A stretch of 59,388 nucleotides of DNA from Betaproteobacteria bacterium RIFCSPLOWO2_02_64_14 (GTDB taxonomy: Bacteria; Pseudomonadota; Gammaproteobacteria; Burkholderiales; SG8-41): assembly GCA_001770325.1 (NCBI GenBank), contig MEQT01000085.1, forward strand, positions 3,801 through 63,188, in the 5' to 3' direction. Positions 26,702 to 42,535 of the stretch are shown here, in pieces; position 1 is the stretch's first letter; each line of letters begins with the position of its first letter. The position numbers and the translations under genes were made by a program. A model generated the notes under the pieces. The model made no database searches. It saw only the letters and a program-made list of their open reading frames with translations, and was not told the DNA's origin.

Positions 26702-28642
26702 ATGAGGCGTGTGACGCAATCCCGTTCGCGATCGGGCGCGGCAGGCCGGGAGGATTCCCTCACGGACCACGATGTCTACCTTTTCAAGGAGGGCAGCCAC
26801 GGGCGGCTGCACGAGAAGCTCGGCTGCCACCCCGCGGGCGGCCGTGACGGGGGCGGCGCGCGATTCGCGGTCTGGGCGCCCAACGCAGAGTCGGTTTCGG
26901 TGATCGGCGAGTTCAACGATTGGAATCCGGATCGCAACGTCCTGCAGGTGCGCGATGACGGCTCCGGAATCTGGGAAGGCGTCGTCGCCGATGTGGAGCG
27001 CGGTGCGCGCTACAAGTACCGTGTGCTCTCGCGCGCCAGCGGCACCGTCTGCGACAAGGCCGACCCGTTCGCGTTCTGCGCGCAGCAGCCCCCGGACACC
27101 GCATCGCGCGTCTGGACGCTGGAGTACGAGTGGGGCGACGGCGGGTGGATGGATGCGCGGCGCGCGCGCAACGCACTCGATGCGCCGATCGCGATCTACG
27201 AAGTCCATGCCGGATCGTGGAGGCGCAGGGACGGCGAACCGCTCGCTTACCGCGCGCTCGCGCACGAGCTTGCGGACTACGTCCTCAGGATGGGATTTAC
27301 GCACGTCGAGCTGATGCCGCTTACCGAGCACCCGTTCTATGGTTCCTGGGGCTATCAGACGACAGGATATTTCGCTCCGACCGCGCGCTACGGCAGCCCG
27401 CAGGATTTCATGTACCTGGTGGATCACCTTCACCGGAACGGCATCGGCGTCATCCTCGACTGGGTGCCGTCGCATTTCCCGACGGATCCTCACGGGCTCG
27501 CTTGTTTCGACGGCACGCATCTCTACGAGCACGCCGACCCCAAGCAGGGGTTTCATCCGGAATGGAATTCGAGCATATTCAACTACGGCCGCAATGAAGT
27601 GCGCGGCTTCCTGCTCTCTTCCGCGCTGTTCTGGCTGGACCGGTACCACGTGGACGGACTGCGGGTGGACGGTGTCGCCTCGATGCTCTACCTGGACTAC
27701 GCGCGCAGGGAAGGCGAGTGGGTTCCCAACCGCTACGGCGGCCGGGAGAACCTGGATGCGGTCGAATTCCTGAGGACGCTCAACCAGGCGGTCTACCGCG
27801 ATCATCCCGATGCCGTGACGATCGCCGAGGAGTCCACCGCCTGGCCGATGGTTTCGCGCCCGACGTATCTCGGCGGACTGGGCTTCGGCATGAAGTGGAA
27901 CATGGGCTGGATGCACGATACGCTCGCCTACGTGCGGGAAGACCCCATCCACCGCAGGTACCACCATGGCCGCCTCACGTTCTCCCTGATCTACGCGTTT
28001 AACGAGAACTTCGTGCTGCCGCTGTCGCACGACGAAGTGGTGCATGGCAAGGGTTCGCTCGTGGGCAAGATGCCGGGCGACACGTGGCAGCAGTTCGCCG
28101 GCCTGCGCGCCCTCTACGGATACATGTGGACGCACCCGGGCAAGAAGCTGCTGTTCATGGGAGGCGAGTTCGGCCAGCGGCGCGAGTGGACGCATGACGG
28201 AGAACTCGAGTGGTGGGTCACGGACCTGCCGGAGCATGCCGGACTGCAGCGCTGGATCGCGGATCTGAATCGCTTCTATCGCTCCGAGCCCGCGCTGTTC
28301 GAGCTGGATTTTTCGCCCGAAGGCTTCGAGTGGATAGACTGCAACGATGCGGAGATGAGCGTGATCACCTTTCTGCGCAAGCCGCGCGCGGGTGGCGAGG
28401 CGCTGATCGTCGCGTGCAACTTCACGCCGGTGCCGCGAACCAATTACGTGGTTGGCGCGCCTTGGGGCGGCGCGTGGCGGGAGTGCCTGAACAGCGACGC
28501 GCGCGAGTATGACGGCGCCGGCTGGGGCAACCTGGGGGGAGTCGAGGCGGTCCCGGTGGGCGCCCACGGCCGCCCCTGGTCGCTCAACCTCACTCTGCCT
28601 CCGCTTGCCATCGTCGTGCTGAAGCGGCGGCCGCATGCCTGA
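26702..28642 (+). CDS. glgB: 1,4-alpha-glucan branching enzyme GlgB
   Basis: GH13_9 motifs: [47 protein letters not shown]. Start trimmed to ATG 26702, after the otsA stop. Confidence 0.9.
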   Translation: MRRVTQSRSRSGAAGREDSLTDHDVYLFKEGSHGRLHEKLGCHPAGGRDGGGARFAVWAPNAESVSVIGEFNDWNPDRNVLQVRDDGSGIWEGVVADVERGARYKYRVLSRASGTVCDKADPFAFCAQQPPDTASRVWTLEYEWGDGGWMDARRARNALDAPIAIYEVHAGSWRRRDGEPLAYRALAHELADYVLRMGFTHVELMPLTEHPFYGSWGYQTTGYFAPTARYGSPQDFMYLVDHLHRNGIGVILDWVPSHFPTDPHGLACFDGTHLYEHADPKQGFHPEWNSSIFNYGRNEVRGFLLSSALFWLDRYHVDGLRVDGVASMLYLDYARREGEWVPNRYGGRENLDAVEFLRTLNQAVYRDHPDAVTIAEESTAWPMVSRPTYLGGLGFGMKWNMGWMHDTLAYVREDPIHRRYHHGRLTFSLIYAFNENFVLPLSHDEVVHGKGSLVGKMPGDTWQQFAGLRALYGYMWTHPGKKLLFMGGEFGQRREWTHDGELEWWVTDLPEHAGLQRWIADLNRFYRSEPALFELDFSPEGFEWIDCNDAEMSVITFLRKPRAGGEALIVACNFTPVPRTNYVVGAPWGGAWRECLNSDAREYDGAGWGNLGGVEAVPVGAHGRPWSLNLTLPPLAIVVLKRRPHA

Positions 28643-30644
28643 GCGCGGGAAAAACGGCGCGCCGGTCGATGGCCGAGTGCGTGCGGTCATCGATGCGGTG
28701 TTCCCCGCGGTGGACGGCGGACGCTTCGCCGTGAAACGCGCCTGCGACGAGCCCTTGGTGGTGGAAGCGGACTGCTTCACCGACGGGCACGATGCGCTGC
28801 GCGTACTGGCGCGCTGGCGCGCCGAGGACGCACCCGCATGGCAGGAAACGGAGATGACGCACGTTGGCAACGACCGCTGGCGCGGAGCGTTTACCGTGGA
28901 CAACCCGGGGCGCTATCGGTATACCGTCACGGCGTGGGTGGATCATTTTCTGTCGTGGCGCAACGAATTTGCGCGACGCGAGGACCCTGGGGATATGATC
29001 ATCGCCGCGCAGGTGGGTGCCGGTTTGATCCGGGAGGCGGCCGAGCGTGCCAGGGCTGCGGATCGCAAACGCCTGAACGAGTGGGCGCATCGTCTGACCA
29101 CGGAAGGCGATGCCTTGAAACTTCGTACCGTCGCGCTCGATGACGAGCTGGCGCAACTCGCGGCGCGTTACCCCGACCTCGCACTCGCCGCAACCTGGCC
29201 GGCCGACATGCCGCTCGTCGTCGACCGCATGCGCGCCCGCTACAGCACGTGGTACGAGATGTTTCCGCGCTCGAGCGCGCCGGAGCCGGGACGCCACGGC
29301 ACGTTCCACGACTGCGAGGCGCTGCTCGCCTACGTGGCGGAGCTGGGTTTCGACGTGCTCTATCTGCCGCCCATTCACCCCGTCGGGCGCGGCATGCGCA
29401 AGGGAAAGAACAACACGCTCGGCGCCGGCCCCGATGACGTCGGCAGCCCGTGGGCGATTGGCGCGGCGGAGGGCGGGCACAAGGCAGTGCATCCGGCGCT
29501 CGGCACGATCGGGGATTTCCGCAGGCTCGTCGCCACGGCGCATGGATACGGCATCGAAATCGCGCTCGACTTCGCGCTTCAGTGCGCCCCGGACCACCCG
29601 TACGTGAAGGAACACCCGCAATGGTTCCGCTGGCGCCCCGATGGCCGCGTGCAATACGCTGAAAATCCGCCGAAGCGCTACCAGGACATCTACCCGTTCA
29701 ACTTCGAGAGCGATGACTGGCGCGCCCTGTGGCAGGAACTGAAGAGCGTGATGGACTTCTGGATCGGCGAGGGCGTGAAAATTTTCCGGGTCGATAACCC
29801 CCACACCAAGACATTTGCCTTCTGGGAGTGGGCCATTGCCGAAATCAAGGGTGCCCATCCGGAGGTCATCTTTCTGGCGGAGGCGTTCACGCGCCCGAAG
29901 GTGATGCACCGGCTGGCGAAGCTCGGATTCACGCAGTCGTACACTTATTTTGCGTGGCGCAATACCAGGCACGAGCTCACCGAGTACTTCACCGAACTCG
30001 CGCACGGCTCCGGCCGCGAGTACTTCCGCCCCAACGTGTGGCCGAACACCCCCGACATACTCACCGAAGCGCTGCAGTTCGGCGGGCGCCCCGCCTTCAT
30101 GGCGCGCCTCGTGCTCGCGGCGACGCTCGCCGCGAGCTACGGCATCTATGGGCCGGCGTACGAGTTGATGGAAAACACACCGCGCGAGTCCGGCAGCGAA
30201 GAGTACCTGGATTCCGAGAAATATCAGCTGCGGCACTGGGATCGGGAGCGGCCCGACAGCCTGCGCGCGTTTGTCGCGCTGCTGAACCGCATCCGCCGCG
30301 AAAATCCGGCGCTGCAATCGGACCACAGCCTGCGTTTTTTCCCCACCGACAACGAACAGTTGATCTGCTACGCCAAGATCGACCAGGCGCGCGACAATGC
30401 GATCGTGACCGTGGTCAATCTCGACGCGAAAAACACGCATTCGGGGTGGGTCGATCTCGATCTTGCGGCGCTCGGCATCGACGCGCAGCACCCGTACCAG
30501 ATGCACGACCTGCTCACCGGGGCGCGCTACCTGTGGGAAGGCGCGCGCAATTTCGTGCAACTCGACCCGGCCCGAGTGCCGGCGCACGTGTTCCGCGTGC
30601 GGCGGCGGGTGCACCGCGAGCAGGACTTCGATTACTTTGCATGA
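28635..30644 (+). CDS. glgE: Alpha-1,4-glucan:maltose-1-phosphate maltosyltransferase GlgE
   Basis: GlgE-type N-terminal domain ([17 protein letters not shown]), [30 protein letters not shown]. 8-nt overlap with glgB. Confidence 0.9.
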   Translation: MPERGKNGAPVDGRVRAVIDAVFPAVDGGRFAVKRACDEPLVVEADCFTDGHDALRVLARWRAEDAPAWQETEMTHVGNDRWRGAFTVDNPGRYRYTVTAWVDHFLSWRNEFARREDPGDMIIAAQVGAGLIREAAERARAADRKRLNEWAHRLTTEGDALKLRTVALDDELAQLAARYPDLALAATWPADMPLVVDRMRARYSTWYEMFPRSSAPEPGRHGTFHDCEALLAYVAELGFDVLYLPPIHPVGRGMRKGKNNTLGAGPDDVGSPWAIGAAEGGHKAVHPALGTIGDFRRLVATAHGYGIEIALDFALQCAPDHPYVKEHPQWFRWRPDGRVQYAENPPKRYQDIYPFNFESDDWRALWQELKSVMDFWIGEGVKIFRVDNPHTKTFAFWEWAIAEIKGAHPEVIFLAEAFTRPKVMHRLAKLGFTQSYTYFAWRNTRHELTEYFTELAHGSGREYFRPNVWPNTPDILTEALQFGGRPAFMARLVLAATLAASYGIYGPAYELMENTPRESGSEEYLDSEKYQLRHWDRERPDSLRAFVALLNRIRRENPALQSDHSLRFFPTDNEQLICYAKIDQARDNAIVTVVNLDAKNTHSGWVDLDLAALGIDAQHPYQMHDLLTGARYLWEGARNFVQLDPARVPAHVFRVRRRVHREQDFDYFA

Positions 30645-30657
30645 GCGCCGAAATCGA

Positions 30658-33996
<3,339 letters not shown>

Positions 33997-34035
33997 AACG
34001 CCGCAATTTGCGGCACTCTCAGGAAGGAGGTGGCT

Positions 34036-34716
34036 ATGGAAAAGGTTGACATGTTGTTCGAACCGGTGCGCGCTTTGCTGTACGAGGTCGGGCAGTTTCT
34101 GCCGAAACTCGCGTTGGCGCTGCTGGTGGTGACCGTCGGGTGGATGCTCGCGCGGCTGGCGCGGTTCGCCGTGGTCAAGGCCCTGCGCGCGGTGAACTTC
34201 AACGTGCTCACCGAGCGCGCGGGGATGGAAGCGTTCCTCCAGCAGGGCGGTATCGAGAGCAGCACCACCGACATCTTCGGCGCGCTCGCCTACTGGGTGG
34301 TGATCCTCGCGGCACTCATCATCGCGTTCAACGGCCTCGGCTTGACCTATATCACCGATCTCCTGGGTCAGGTGGTGCTGTTCGTGCCCAAGGTGATCGT
34401 GGCATTGCTGATCCTTGCCTTCGGCGCGTATTTCGCGCGTTTCATCGGCCAGACGGTCATCACGTACTGCAGGAACGTCGGAGTGCAGGATGCGGAGCTC
34501 CTCGGCCGGCTCGCCCAGTACGCGATACTCGCGTTCGTGGTGCTGATCGCGCTCGACCAGGTGAAGGTGGGTGGCGAGATCGTCCGCCAGAGCTTCCTCA
34601 TCATTCTCGCGGGCGTGGTGTTCGCGCTTGCGCTCGCATTCGGCATCGGCGGCCAGAAGTGGGCGGCCGGCCTCCTCGAGCGCTGGTGGCCGGGGCCCGG
34701 CAGCGAGGACAGGTAA
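34036..34716 (+). CDS. Small multi-pass membrane protein, 'conserved TM helix' (MscS N-terminal-module-like) repeat protein
   Basis: Four to five hydrophobic helices with repeated ...ALLILAFGAYFARF.../...VVTVGWMLARLARF... pattern. GGAGG lies 6-8 nt before ATG 34036 (the tracked GTG 34030 abuts the RBS). Confidence 0.6.
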   Translation: MEKVDMLFEPVRALLYEVGQFLPKLALALLVVTVGWMLARLARFAVVKALRAVNFNVLTERAGMEAFLQQGGIESSTTDIFGALAYWVVILAALIIAFNGLGLTYITDLLGQVVLFVPKVIVALLILAFGAYFARFIGQTVITYCRNVGVQDAELLGRLAQYAILAFVVLIALDQVKVGGEIVRQSFLIILAGVVFALALAFGIGGQKWAAGLLERWWPGPGSEDR

Positions 34717-34738
34717 CGCACGCGAAAGAGAAGACGGC

Positions 34739-36877
<2,139 letters not shown>

Positions 36878-36903
36878 TACGTGTGGAATCGGGCGGTGAT
36901 AAG

Positions 36904-39129
36904 GTGAACGGCACCGCGCTCGGCCGGCTAAGCGGACTTGCCGGCATTGCACCCGAATACCACGACATCTGGGGCAGGCTGCACCGTGCCCCGGACGACA
37001 CGCGCCTTGCCCTGCTGCGTGCAATGGGTATCGTCGCCGATTCCGCAGGGGTGGAAAGCGCGCTCAAGGCGCGCGAGGACGCGCCGTGGCAGCGCGGACT
37101 GCCCCCCGTCGTCGTGCAGCGCGAGGACGCGATGCCGTATCGCTGGGCGATCTGCTGCGAGGAGCGGCACGGCAGCCAGGCGCACCGGTGGAAGCTTGCG
37201 CTGGAATCCGGAGAAGTGCGCGAGGGCGAGTTCCATCCCTGCGGGCTGGCGCAGCTTGCCGAACGCGCGATCGACGGCGTGCACTATCTCAAGGCGGAAT
37301 TCGAATGGCGCGAGCGCCTGCCGCCCGGCTATCACCGTTTCACGCTGCAGGGGCCGGATGCAACCCCCTCCCTTCTGGTATTGATCATCGCGCCGGGACG
37401 CTGCCACGTGCCGGCGTGTCTCGAAGGTGGAGGCCGCGTCTGGGGTGCGGCGCTGCAGCTTTATGCCGTGCGCAGCAGGCGTAACTGGGGTATCGGTGAC
37501 TTCACCGACCTGCGCGACGCGATCGAGATCGCCGGCCGCGCCGGCGCGGGCATCGTCGGTGTCAATCCGCTGCACGCGCTTTTTCCCCATGACCCGGACC
37601 GCGCAAGCCCCTACAGCCCGTCGAGCCGCATCTATCTCAACGCGCTCTACCTCGACGTGGAAGCGGTACCGGAGTTCACCGAATGCGAAGCCGCGAGGGT
37701 GGCGGTGGCCGCACCCGGATTTCAGGCGCGGCTGCAGGCGCTGCGCTGCGCGGAACGGGTGGACTACCGCGGCGTAGCCGAGGCCAAGTTCTCGACGCTG
37801 CGCGTCATTTACCGCCACTTTCGCGAATGCCACCTCGTGCCACGCAGCCGCAGGAGCGAGGCGTTTCTCGCGTTCCAGCGCGGCGGCGGCGAGCCGCTAT
37901 TGCGCTTCGCCCTCTTTCAGGCGCTGCAGGAGGACTTTCACGCGCGTGACGAGGCGATCCGGGGCTGGCCCGCGTGGCCCGAAGCGTATTGCGACCCGGT
38001 GTCGCCGCCGGTGCGTGAGTACCTGGCGTCGAACCGCGAGCGCGTCGAGTTCCACGCCTGGCTGCAATGGCTCGCTGACGAGCAACTCGCGGCCTGCGCC
38101 CGGCGCGCCGTCGAGCTTGGACTCGGTGTGGGTCTCTACCAGGATCTTGCGGTTTCGGTGGATCGTGAAGGCGCCGACGCGTGGAGCGGGCAGAACGCCC
38201 ATGCCGCGGCGGCGAGCATTGGCTCGCCTCCTGATGATTTTCACCTGAATGGCCAGAATTGGGGCCTGTTACCGCTCATACCCGAAGCGCTGGCCGAGTC
38301 GGCGTACGCTCCCTTCGTTGCCGCGTTGCGCGCCGCCATGCGGCATGCGGGCGCACTGCGCCTGGACCATGTGATGGGCCTCATGCGGCTCTACTGGATT
38401 CCGCCGGGCAGTCCGTCTGCCGACGGCGCTTACGTTCATTATCCGCTGTCCGATCTGCTCGGAGTGCTCGCGCTGGAAAGCCGGCGCAATTGTTGTCTGG
38501 TGATCGGCGAGGATTTGGGTACCGTTCCCGACGCCGTGCGCGAGGCGCTCGCACCCCTTGGGGTGCTGTCATACCGGCTGCTGCTGTTCGAGAAGGAAGG
38601 CGATGGCAATTACAGGGCGCCGGCGGCGTATCCCGCACAGGCGCTTGTCGCGGTGAGTACGCACGACCTGCCTACGCTCAAGGGCATGTGGCTCGGGCGC
38701 GACCTCGAGCTGCGCGCGCAACTCGCGCTTTATCCCTCTGCCGAGGAGCGCAAACGGCAGGTAGCCGAGCGTGCGCGCGACCGCAGCCGGCTCCTGATGG
38801 CCCTGGAGCGGGAAGGCCTGCTGCCGGCCGGCGTCACGGTGGATCCGGTGTCGGCGCCGGATATGACGCCCGAACTTGCGCGCGCGATTCATGTTTTCCT
38901 CGCCCGCAGTCCGCCGCGCGTGATGATGGTGCAGATGGAAGACGTGCTGGAGCAGAGCGAACAGGTCAATCTGCCCGGGACCACGAGTGAGTATCCCAAC
39001 TGGCGTCGCAAGCTGCCGCTCGATCTCGAGGACTGGGGCGCGGATGCACGCGTGGCGGCTCTCGCTGAGGCGTTGCGCCGAGAGCGCGGGGCGGGCGCGC
39101 AACAAATGCTCTCGAATCAGTCACTTTGA
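36904..39129 (+). CDS. malQ: 4-alpha-glucanotransferase (amylomaltase) MalQ
   Basis: GH77 motifs: WGIGDFTDL, NPLHA, SPYSPSSR, ALRLDHVMGL, IGEDLGTVP, THDLPT. The start is uncertain (GTG 36904 or GTG 36883). Confidence 0.85.
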   Translation: MNGTALGRLSGLAGIAPEYHDIWGRLHRAPDDTRLALLRAMGIVADSAGVESALKAREDAPWQRGLPPVVVQREDAMPYRWAICCEERHGSQAHRWKLALESGEVREGEFHPCGLAQLAERAIDGVHYLKAEFEWRERLPPGYHRFTLQGPDATPSLLVLIIAPGRCHVPACLEGGGRVWGAALQLYAVRSRRNWGIGDFTDLRDAIEIAGRAGAGIVGVNPLHALFPHDPDRASPYSPSSRIYLNALYLDVEAVPEFTECEAARVAVAAPGFQARLQALRCAERVDYRGVAEAKFSTLRVIYRHFRECHLVPRSRRSEAFLAFQRGGGEPLLRFALFQALQEDFHARDEAIRGWPAWPEAYCDPVSPPVREYLASNRERVEFHAWLQWLADEQLAACARRAVELGLGVGLYQDLAVSVDREGADAWSGQNAHAAAASIGSPPDDFHLNGQNWGLLPLIPEALAESAYAPFVAALRAAMRHAGALRLDHVMGLMRLYWIPPGSPSADGAYVHYPLSDLLGVLALESRRNCCLVIGEDLGTVPDAVREALAPLGVLSYRLLLFEKEGDGNYRAPAAYPAQALVAVSTHDLPTLKGMWLGRDLELRAQLALYPSAEERKRQVAERARDRSRLLMALEREGLLPAGVTVDPVSAPDMTPELARAIHVFLARSPPRVMMVQMEDVLEQSEQVNLPGTTSEYPNWRRKLPLDLEDWGADARVAALAEALRRERGAGAQQMLSNQSL

Positions 39130-39301
39130 CGCGGAAACTTATCCTCCGTTTACCGGTCACATTTGGGGTTTACGCTTCCGCGGCAGAGTCCGGGTTTATG
39201 GGACGGAAGAATACTCGCGAGTTCAGTGCCCGCCGTGCACGCTGCGTATAAACACTTTGGGCCGCCCTCACCATCGTTCGCTGCAAGGACCGAATGACGC
39301 C

Positions 39302-40096
39302 ATGAGAGTACTGACCGCAAGCCTCGACCTGCACGGATTCCTCGCCCGGATCGCCGCGGCGCGCGAGCGAGTGTTGATGCTTGATTACGATGGCACGCTG
39401 GCGCCGTTTCAGGTGCGCCCCGAACGCGCATTGCCGTATCCCGGCGTGACCGGCGCGCTCGGGGAACTGATGAACGATGGCGGAACTCGGGTGGTGATCA
39501 TCAGCGGCCGCAGCGCCGCCGAACTCGTTCCGCTGCTCGCGCTCGCGCGGCACCCGGAGATCTGGGGCTGCCACGGCTGGGAACGCCTGCTGCCCGACGG
39601 CGAGCTCAGGGCGCAGCGCCTGTCGGCGCACGAAGCGGCGACGTTGGAGGACGCAGAGCGTGCGGCACGTGACCTCCCGTCGGGCGGCGCGCGCATCGAG
39701 CGCAAGCCGGCAAGCATCGCGCTGCACTGGCGGGGGCTTCCGGCGCTGCATATAGCGCGAGTCCGGAAGCAGGTTGAAGCGGCCTGGTCGGCGCTCGCTG
39801 AGCACGACGGCATGGAACTGCTGTCGTTCGACGGGGGCATCGAACTGCGCGCGCGGGGCTGCAACAAGCAGCACGCCGTCAAAGCGGTGTTGTCCGAGAC
39901 CGGACCGGACAGCGCGATCGCCTATTTGGGTGATGACGTGACCGACGAGGACGCCTTTGCGGTGATGAAGCTCCGCGGCATCGGAGTCCTGGTGCGTCCG
40001 GAATGCCGGGAAACGGTGGCCGACGTATGGATACGTCCGCCGCGCGAACTGCTTGCCTTTCTCGGCCACTGGAGGACGGGGAGGAGAATCGCGTGA
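39302..40096 (+). CDS. otsB: Trehalose-6-phosphate phosphatase OtsB (HAD family)
   Basis: LMLDYDGTLAP (DxDGT motif), VVIISGRS, YLGDDVTDEDAF. Start trimmed to ATG 39302. Confidence 0.85.
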   Translation: MRVLTASLDLHGFLARIAAARERVLMLDYDGTLAPFQVRPERALPYPGVTGALGELMNDGGTRVVIISGRSAAELVPLLALARHPEIWGCHGWERLLPDGELRAQRLSAHEAATLEDAERAARDLPSGGARIERKPASIALHWRGLPALHIARVRKQVEAAWSALAEHDGMELLSFDGGIELRARGCNKQHAVKAVLSETGPDSAIAYLGDDVTDEDAFAVMKLRGIGVLVRPECRETVADVWIRPPRELLAFLGHWRTGRRIA

Positions 40097-41157
40097 ATCT
40101 GCTGTTTCAGGCGTGGCACGCGAATGGGCTCTACGAGTGGACGAATGCCTCGGCGATCGCGGGCGCCGTGCTGTTGGCCCTGATTGGAGCCAAGTCCGTG
40201 GCCGTGCGGGGGTCGATGGCGCTCTCCCGGCGCATTACGACCTCCTTCAACGACGAAATCGTGCAGGTGATCGCCGCGACCCGGGTCTGGCTGCTTGCGC
40301 CGCTGGCCGTCTACGCCGGTGCTTCGGCGGTCGAATTGCCGGACAAGCTCGATCAGCTGGTGGATACGATTGTGGTGCTGGCGCTCATGCTGCAGGCCGC
40401 GGTGTGGGTGAACCGTTTCGTCCGGGGCAGTTTCGAGCGGCAGGTCTCAACGCGCCGAGGTACGGACGGCGAAGGGGTCACCACGCTCACGCTGCTTGGC
40501 GTCGCCGCGCGCGCTTTCATATGGGTCATCACCGGGCTGCTGATCCTCAATCACCTGAGGTTCGATATCACTGCCCTCATTGCGGGGCTGGGAATCGGGG
40601 GAGTGGCCATTGCGCTCGCGGTACAGAACATTCTCGGCGACCTGTTCGCCTCGCTGTCGATCGTGCTCGACAAGCCCTTCATCGTCGGTGATTTCATAGT
40701 GGTGGGCGAGCTGCGCGGCACCGTCGAACACATAGGCATCAAGACCACGCGCGTGCGCAGCCTCGACGGTGAGCTGATCGTGTTTTCCAACGCCGACCTC
40801 CTGAAGAGCCGTATTCGCAACTTCAAGCGCATGCACGAACGGCGCATTGCGTTTTCCGTGGGAGTGACCTACCAGACGCCGTATGACAGGGCGGCGCGCA
40901 TACCAGCCCTGCTTCGGGCTGCGGTGGAAGGCGTCGGGGGAACGCGCTTCGATCGTGCGCACTTCGCGGCGTACGGAGACTTTGCGCTGAAGTACGAGGT
41001 TGTCTACTACGTGCTGAGCCCCGAATTCAATGTCTACATGGACGTGCAACAGGCGATCAACCTGGAGATCTTCCGTCGCTTCGCCGACGCCGGCATCGAA
41101 TTCGCCTATCCGACCCAGACGCTCTTCGTGCAAGGTGGCGTGCCGGCGGCGGCGTGA
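40093..41157 (+). CDS. Mechanosensitive ion channel (MscS family)
   Basis: IALAVQNILGDLFASLSIVLDKPFIVGDFIVVGELRGTVEHIGIKTTRVRSLDGELIVFSN is the MscS TM3/beta-domain signature. GTG 40093 follows GGAGGAG and overlaps the otsB stop (GTGA). Confidence 0.85.
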   Translation: MNLLFQAWHANGLYEWTNASAIAGAVLLALIGAKSVAVRGSMALSRRITTSFNDEIVQVIAATRVWLLAPLAVYAGASAVELPDKLDQLVDTIVVLALMLQAAVWVNRFVRGSFERQVSTRRGTDGEGVTTLTLLGVAARAFIWVITGLLILNHLRFDITALIAGLGIGGVAIALAVQNILGDLFASLSIVLDKPFIVGDFIVVGELRGTVEHIGIKTTRVRSLDGELIVFSNADLLKSRIRNFKRMHERRIAFSVGVTYQTPYDRAARIPALLRAAVEGVGGTRFDRAHFAAYGDFALKYEVVYYVLSPEFNVYMDVQQAINLEIFRRFADAGIEFAYPTQTLFVQGGVPAAA

Positions 41158-41326
41158 TGACCTCGACGCGTCGCGCCGGGCGCGGGCCGGTCGGTGCCGG
41201 TTGACGAAAGCGTGACACAATAGCGTTCATGCGCTCTCGTCCCCGAGCCGTATCGCCGGCTGCGCGGGCGAGGGACCTCATTTTTTGGGCGCGCTCTGGA
41301 ATGACCACGCTCCTGGCCGACGGGGC

Positions 41327-42535
41327 ATGACCGCACATAATTATCTTCCTTCACTGCCGCTCGCGGCGAGCCCGGTGCTGCTGTTCGGGCTGCTGCTGCT
41401 CGCCGGGTTCGCGGGCGGCGAGATCGCGCAGCGCCTGCTCAGGCTGCCGCGCATCACCGGCTACGTTCTCGTGGGAATTGCCCTGGGGGCGAGCGGATTG
41501 GGCGTGATCGACCGCAACGTCGCGCGCGAGCTGCAGATTTTCGTGGACATCGCGCTCGGACTGATCCTGTTCGAGCTCGGACGGCGCCTCGATTTCGACT
41601 GGCTGCGGCGTGACCTCTGGTTCGCCGCAACGGCCGTCGCCGAAAGCGTGTTGTCCTTCGGGTGCATCTACTTCGCGCTCATCTATTTCGATATCGAGCC
41701 GCTGTATGCGGCGGTGGCGGCGGCGATCGGCGTGTCCACGTCGCCGGCGGTCGTGATGCTCGTCGCCCAGGAACTGCGCGCCGAGGGCCAGGTAACCGAG
41801 CGCGCGCTCAACCTTGTCGCTATCAACAGCGTTGCCGCCTTCATGCTCGCCACCATCCTGCTGTCGTGGCTGCACCATGAGTACCGCGCCGGATGGATCA
41901 CGGTGGTATCGCACCCTCTGTATCTGCTCGCGGGGTCGGTATTGCTGGGCTACTTCCTGTCGTGGGCGGCGATCCTGAGCGCGCGCTGGCTCGGCAAGCG
42001 CGAGGAACTGCAGACCGTGTTGCTGCTCGCGCTCATTCTGCTCGGCGTGGGTGGTGCCGTGGCGCTGAAGTTCTCCGTGTTGCTCGCGCTGCTTGCTTTC
42101 GGCGTGATGGTGAAGAACATGGACGAAAAATACGACCTGATGGTGGTCGACAGCGGCCGGGTAGGGCAGATGTTTTTCGTCGTGCTGTTCGTCGCGACCG
42201 GAGCCACGCTGCAGTTGAGCGAGTTCATGGCCGGTTGGGCGATCGGCATCGCTTTCATACTGGCGCGCTTTGCTGGCAAGTCGGCCGCCGTGCTGGGACT
42301 TGCCTACTTCAGCGGGGTGCGGCGCGGCAGCGCAGGGTTGCTGGCGCTGGCGTTGACACCGATGTCGGGACTCGCGATCGTGATGATGTACGGCGGGACG
42401 GGGCTTTATCCGGATTTCGCCGCAAGACTGGCCGCGATCGTGCTGCCGGCCGTGCTGATACTCGAACTCGTCGGGCCGCTCGCGGTGCATTTTGCGCTCC
42501 GGACGGCCGGCGAGGCTGGTGAAGGCGCCGCATGA
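41327..42535 (+). CDS. Cation:proton antiporter (CPA2/Kef-type membrane domain, no obvious RCK/KTN domain)
   Basis: About 12 hydrophobic segments. LLLLAGFAGGEIAQRLLRLPRITGYVLVGIALG is a typical Na+/H+ exchanger-family N-terminus. ATG 41327 is preferred to the tracked TTG 41285. Confidence 0.8.
   Translation: MTAHNYLPSLPLAASPVLLFGLLLLAGFAGGEIAQRLLRLPRITGYVLVGIALGASGLGVIDRNVARELQIFVDIALGLILFELGRRLDFDWLRRDLWFAATAVAESVLSFGCIYFALIYFDIEPLYAAVAAAIGVSTSPAVVMLVAQELRAEGQVTERALNLVAINSVAAFMLATILLSWLHHEYRAGWITVVSHPLYLLAGSVLLGYFLSWAAILSARWLGKREELQTVLLLALILLGVGGAVALKFSVLLALLAFGVMVKNMDEKYDLMVVDSGRVGQMFFVVLFVATGATLQLSEFMAGWAIGIAFILARFAGKSAAVLGLAYFSGVRRGSAGLLALALTPMSGLAIVMMYGGTGLYPDFAARLAAIVLPAVLILELVGPLAVHFALRTAGEAGEGAA

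Noticed and set aside
34000-34014. Short hairpin GCCGCA-ATT-TGCGGC after treS-mak as a terminator
   Set aside because: It has only 6 bp, a 3-nt loop and no U-tract, and the next gene starts 22 nt later with a strong RBS. It more likely lies within a polycistronic transcript.
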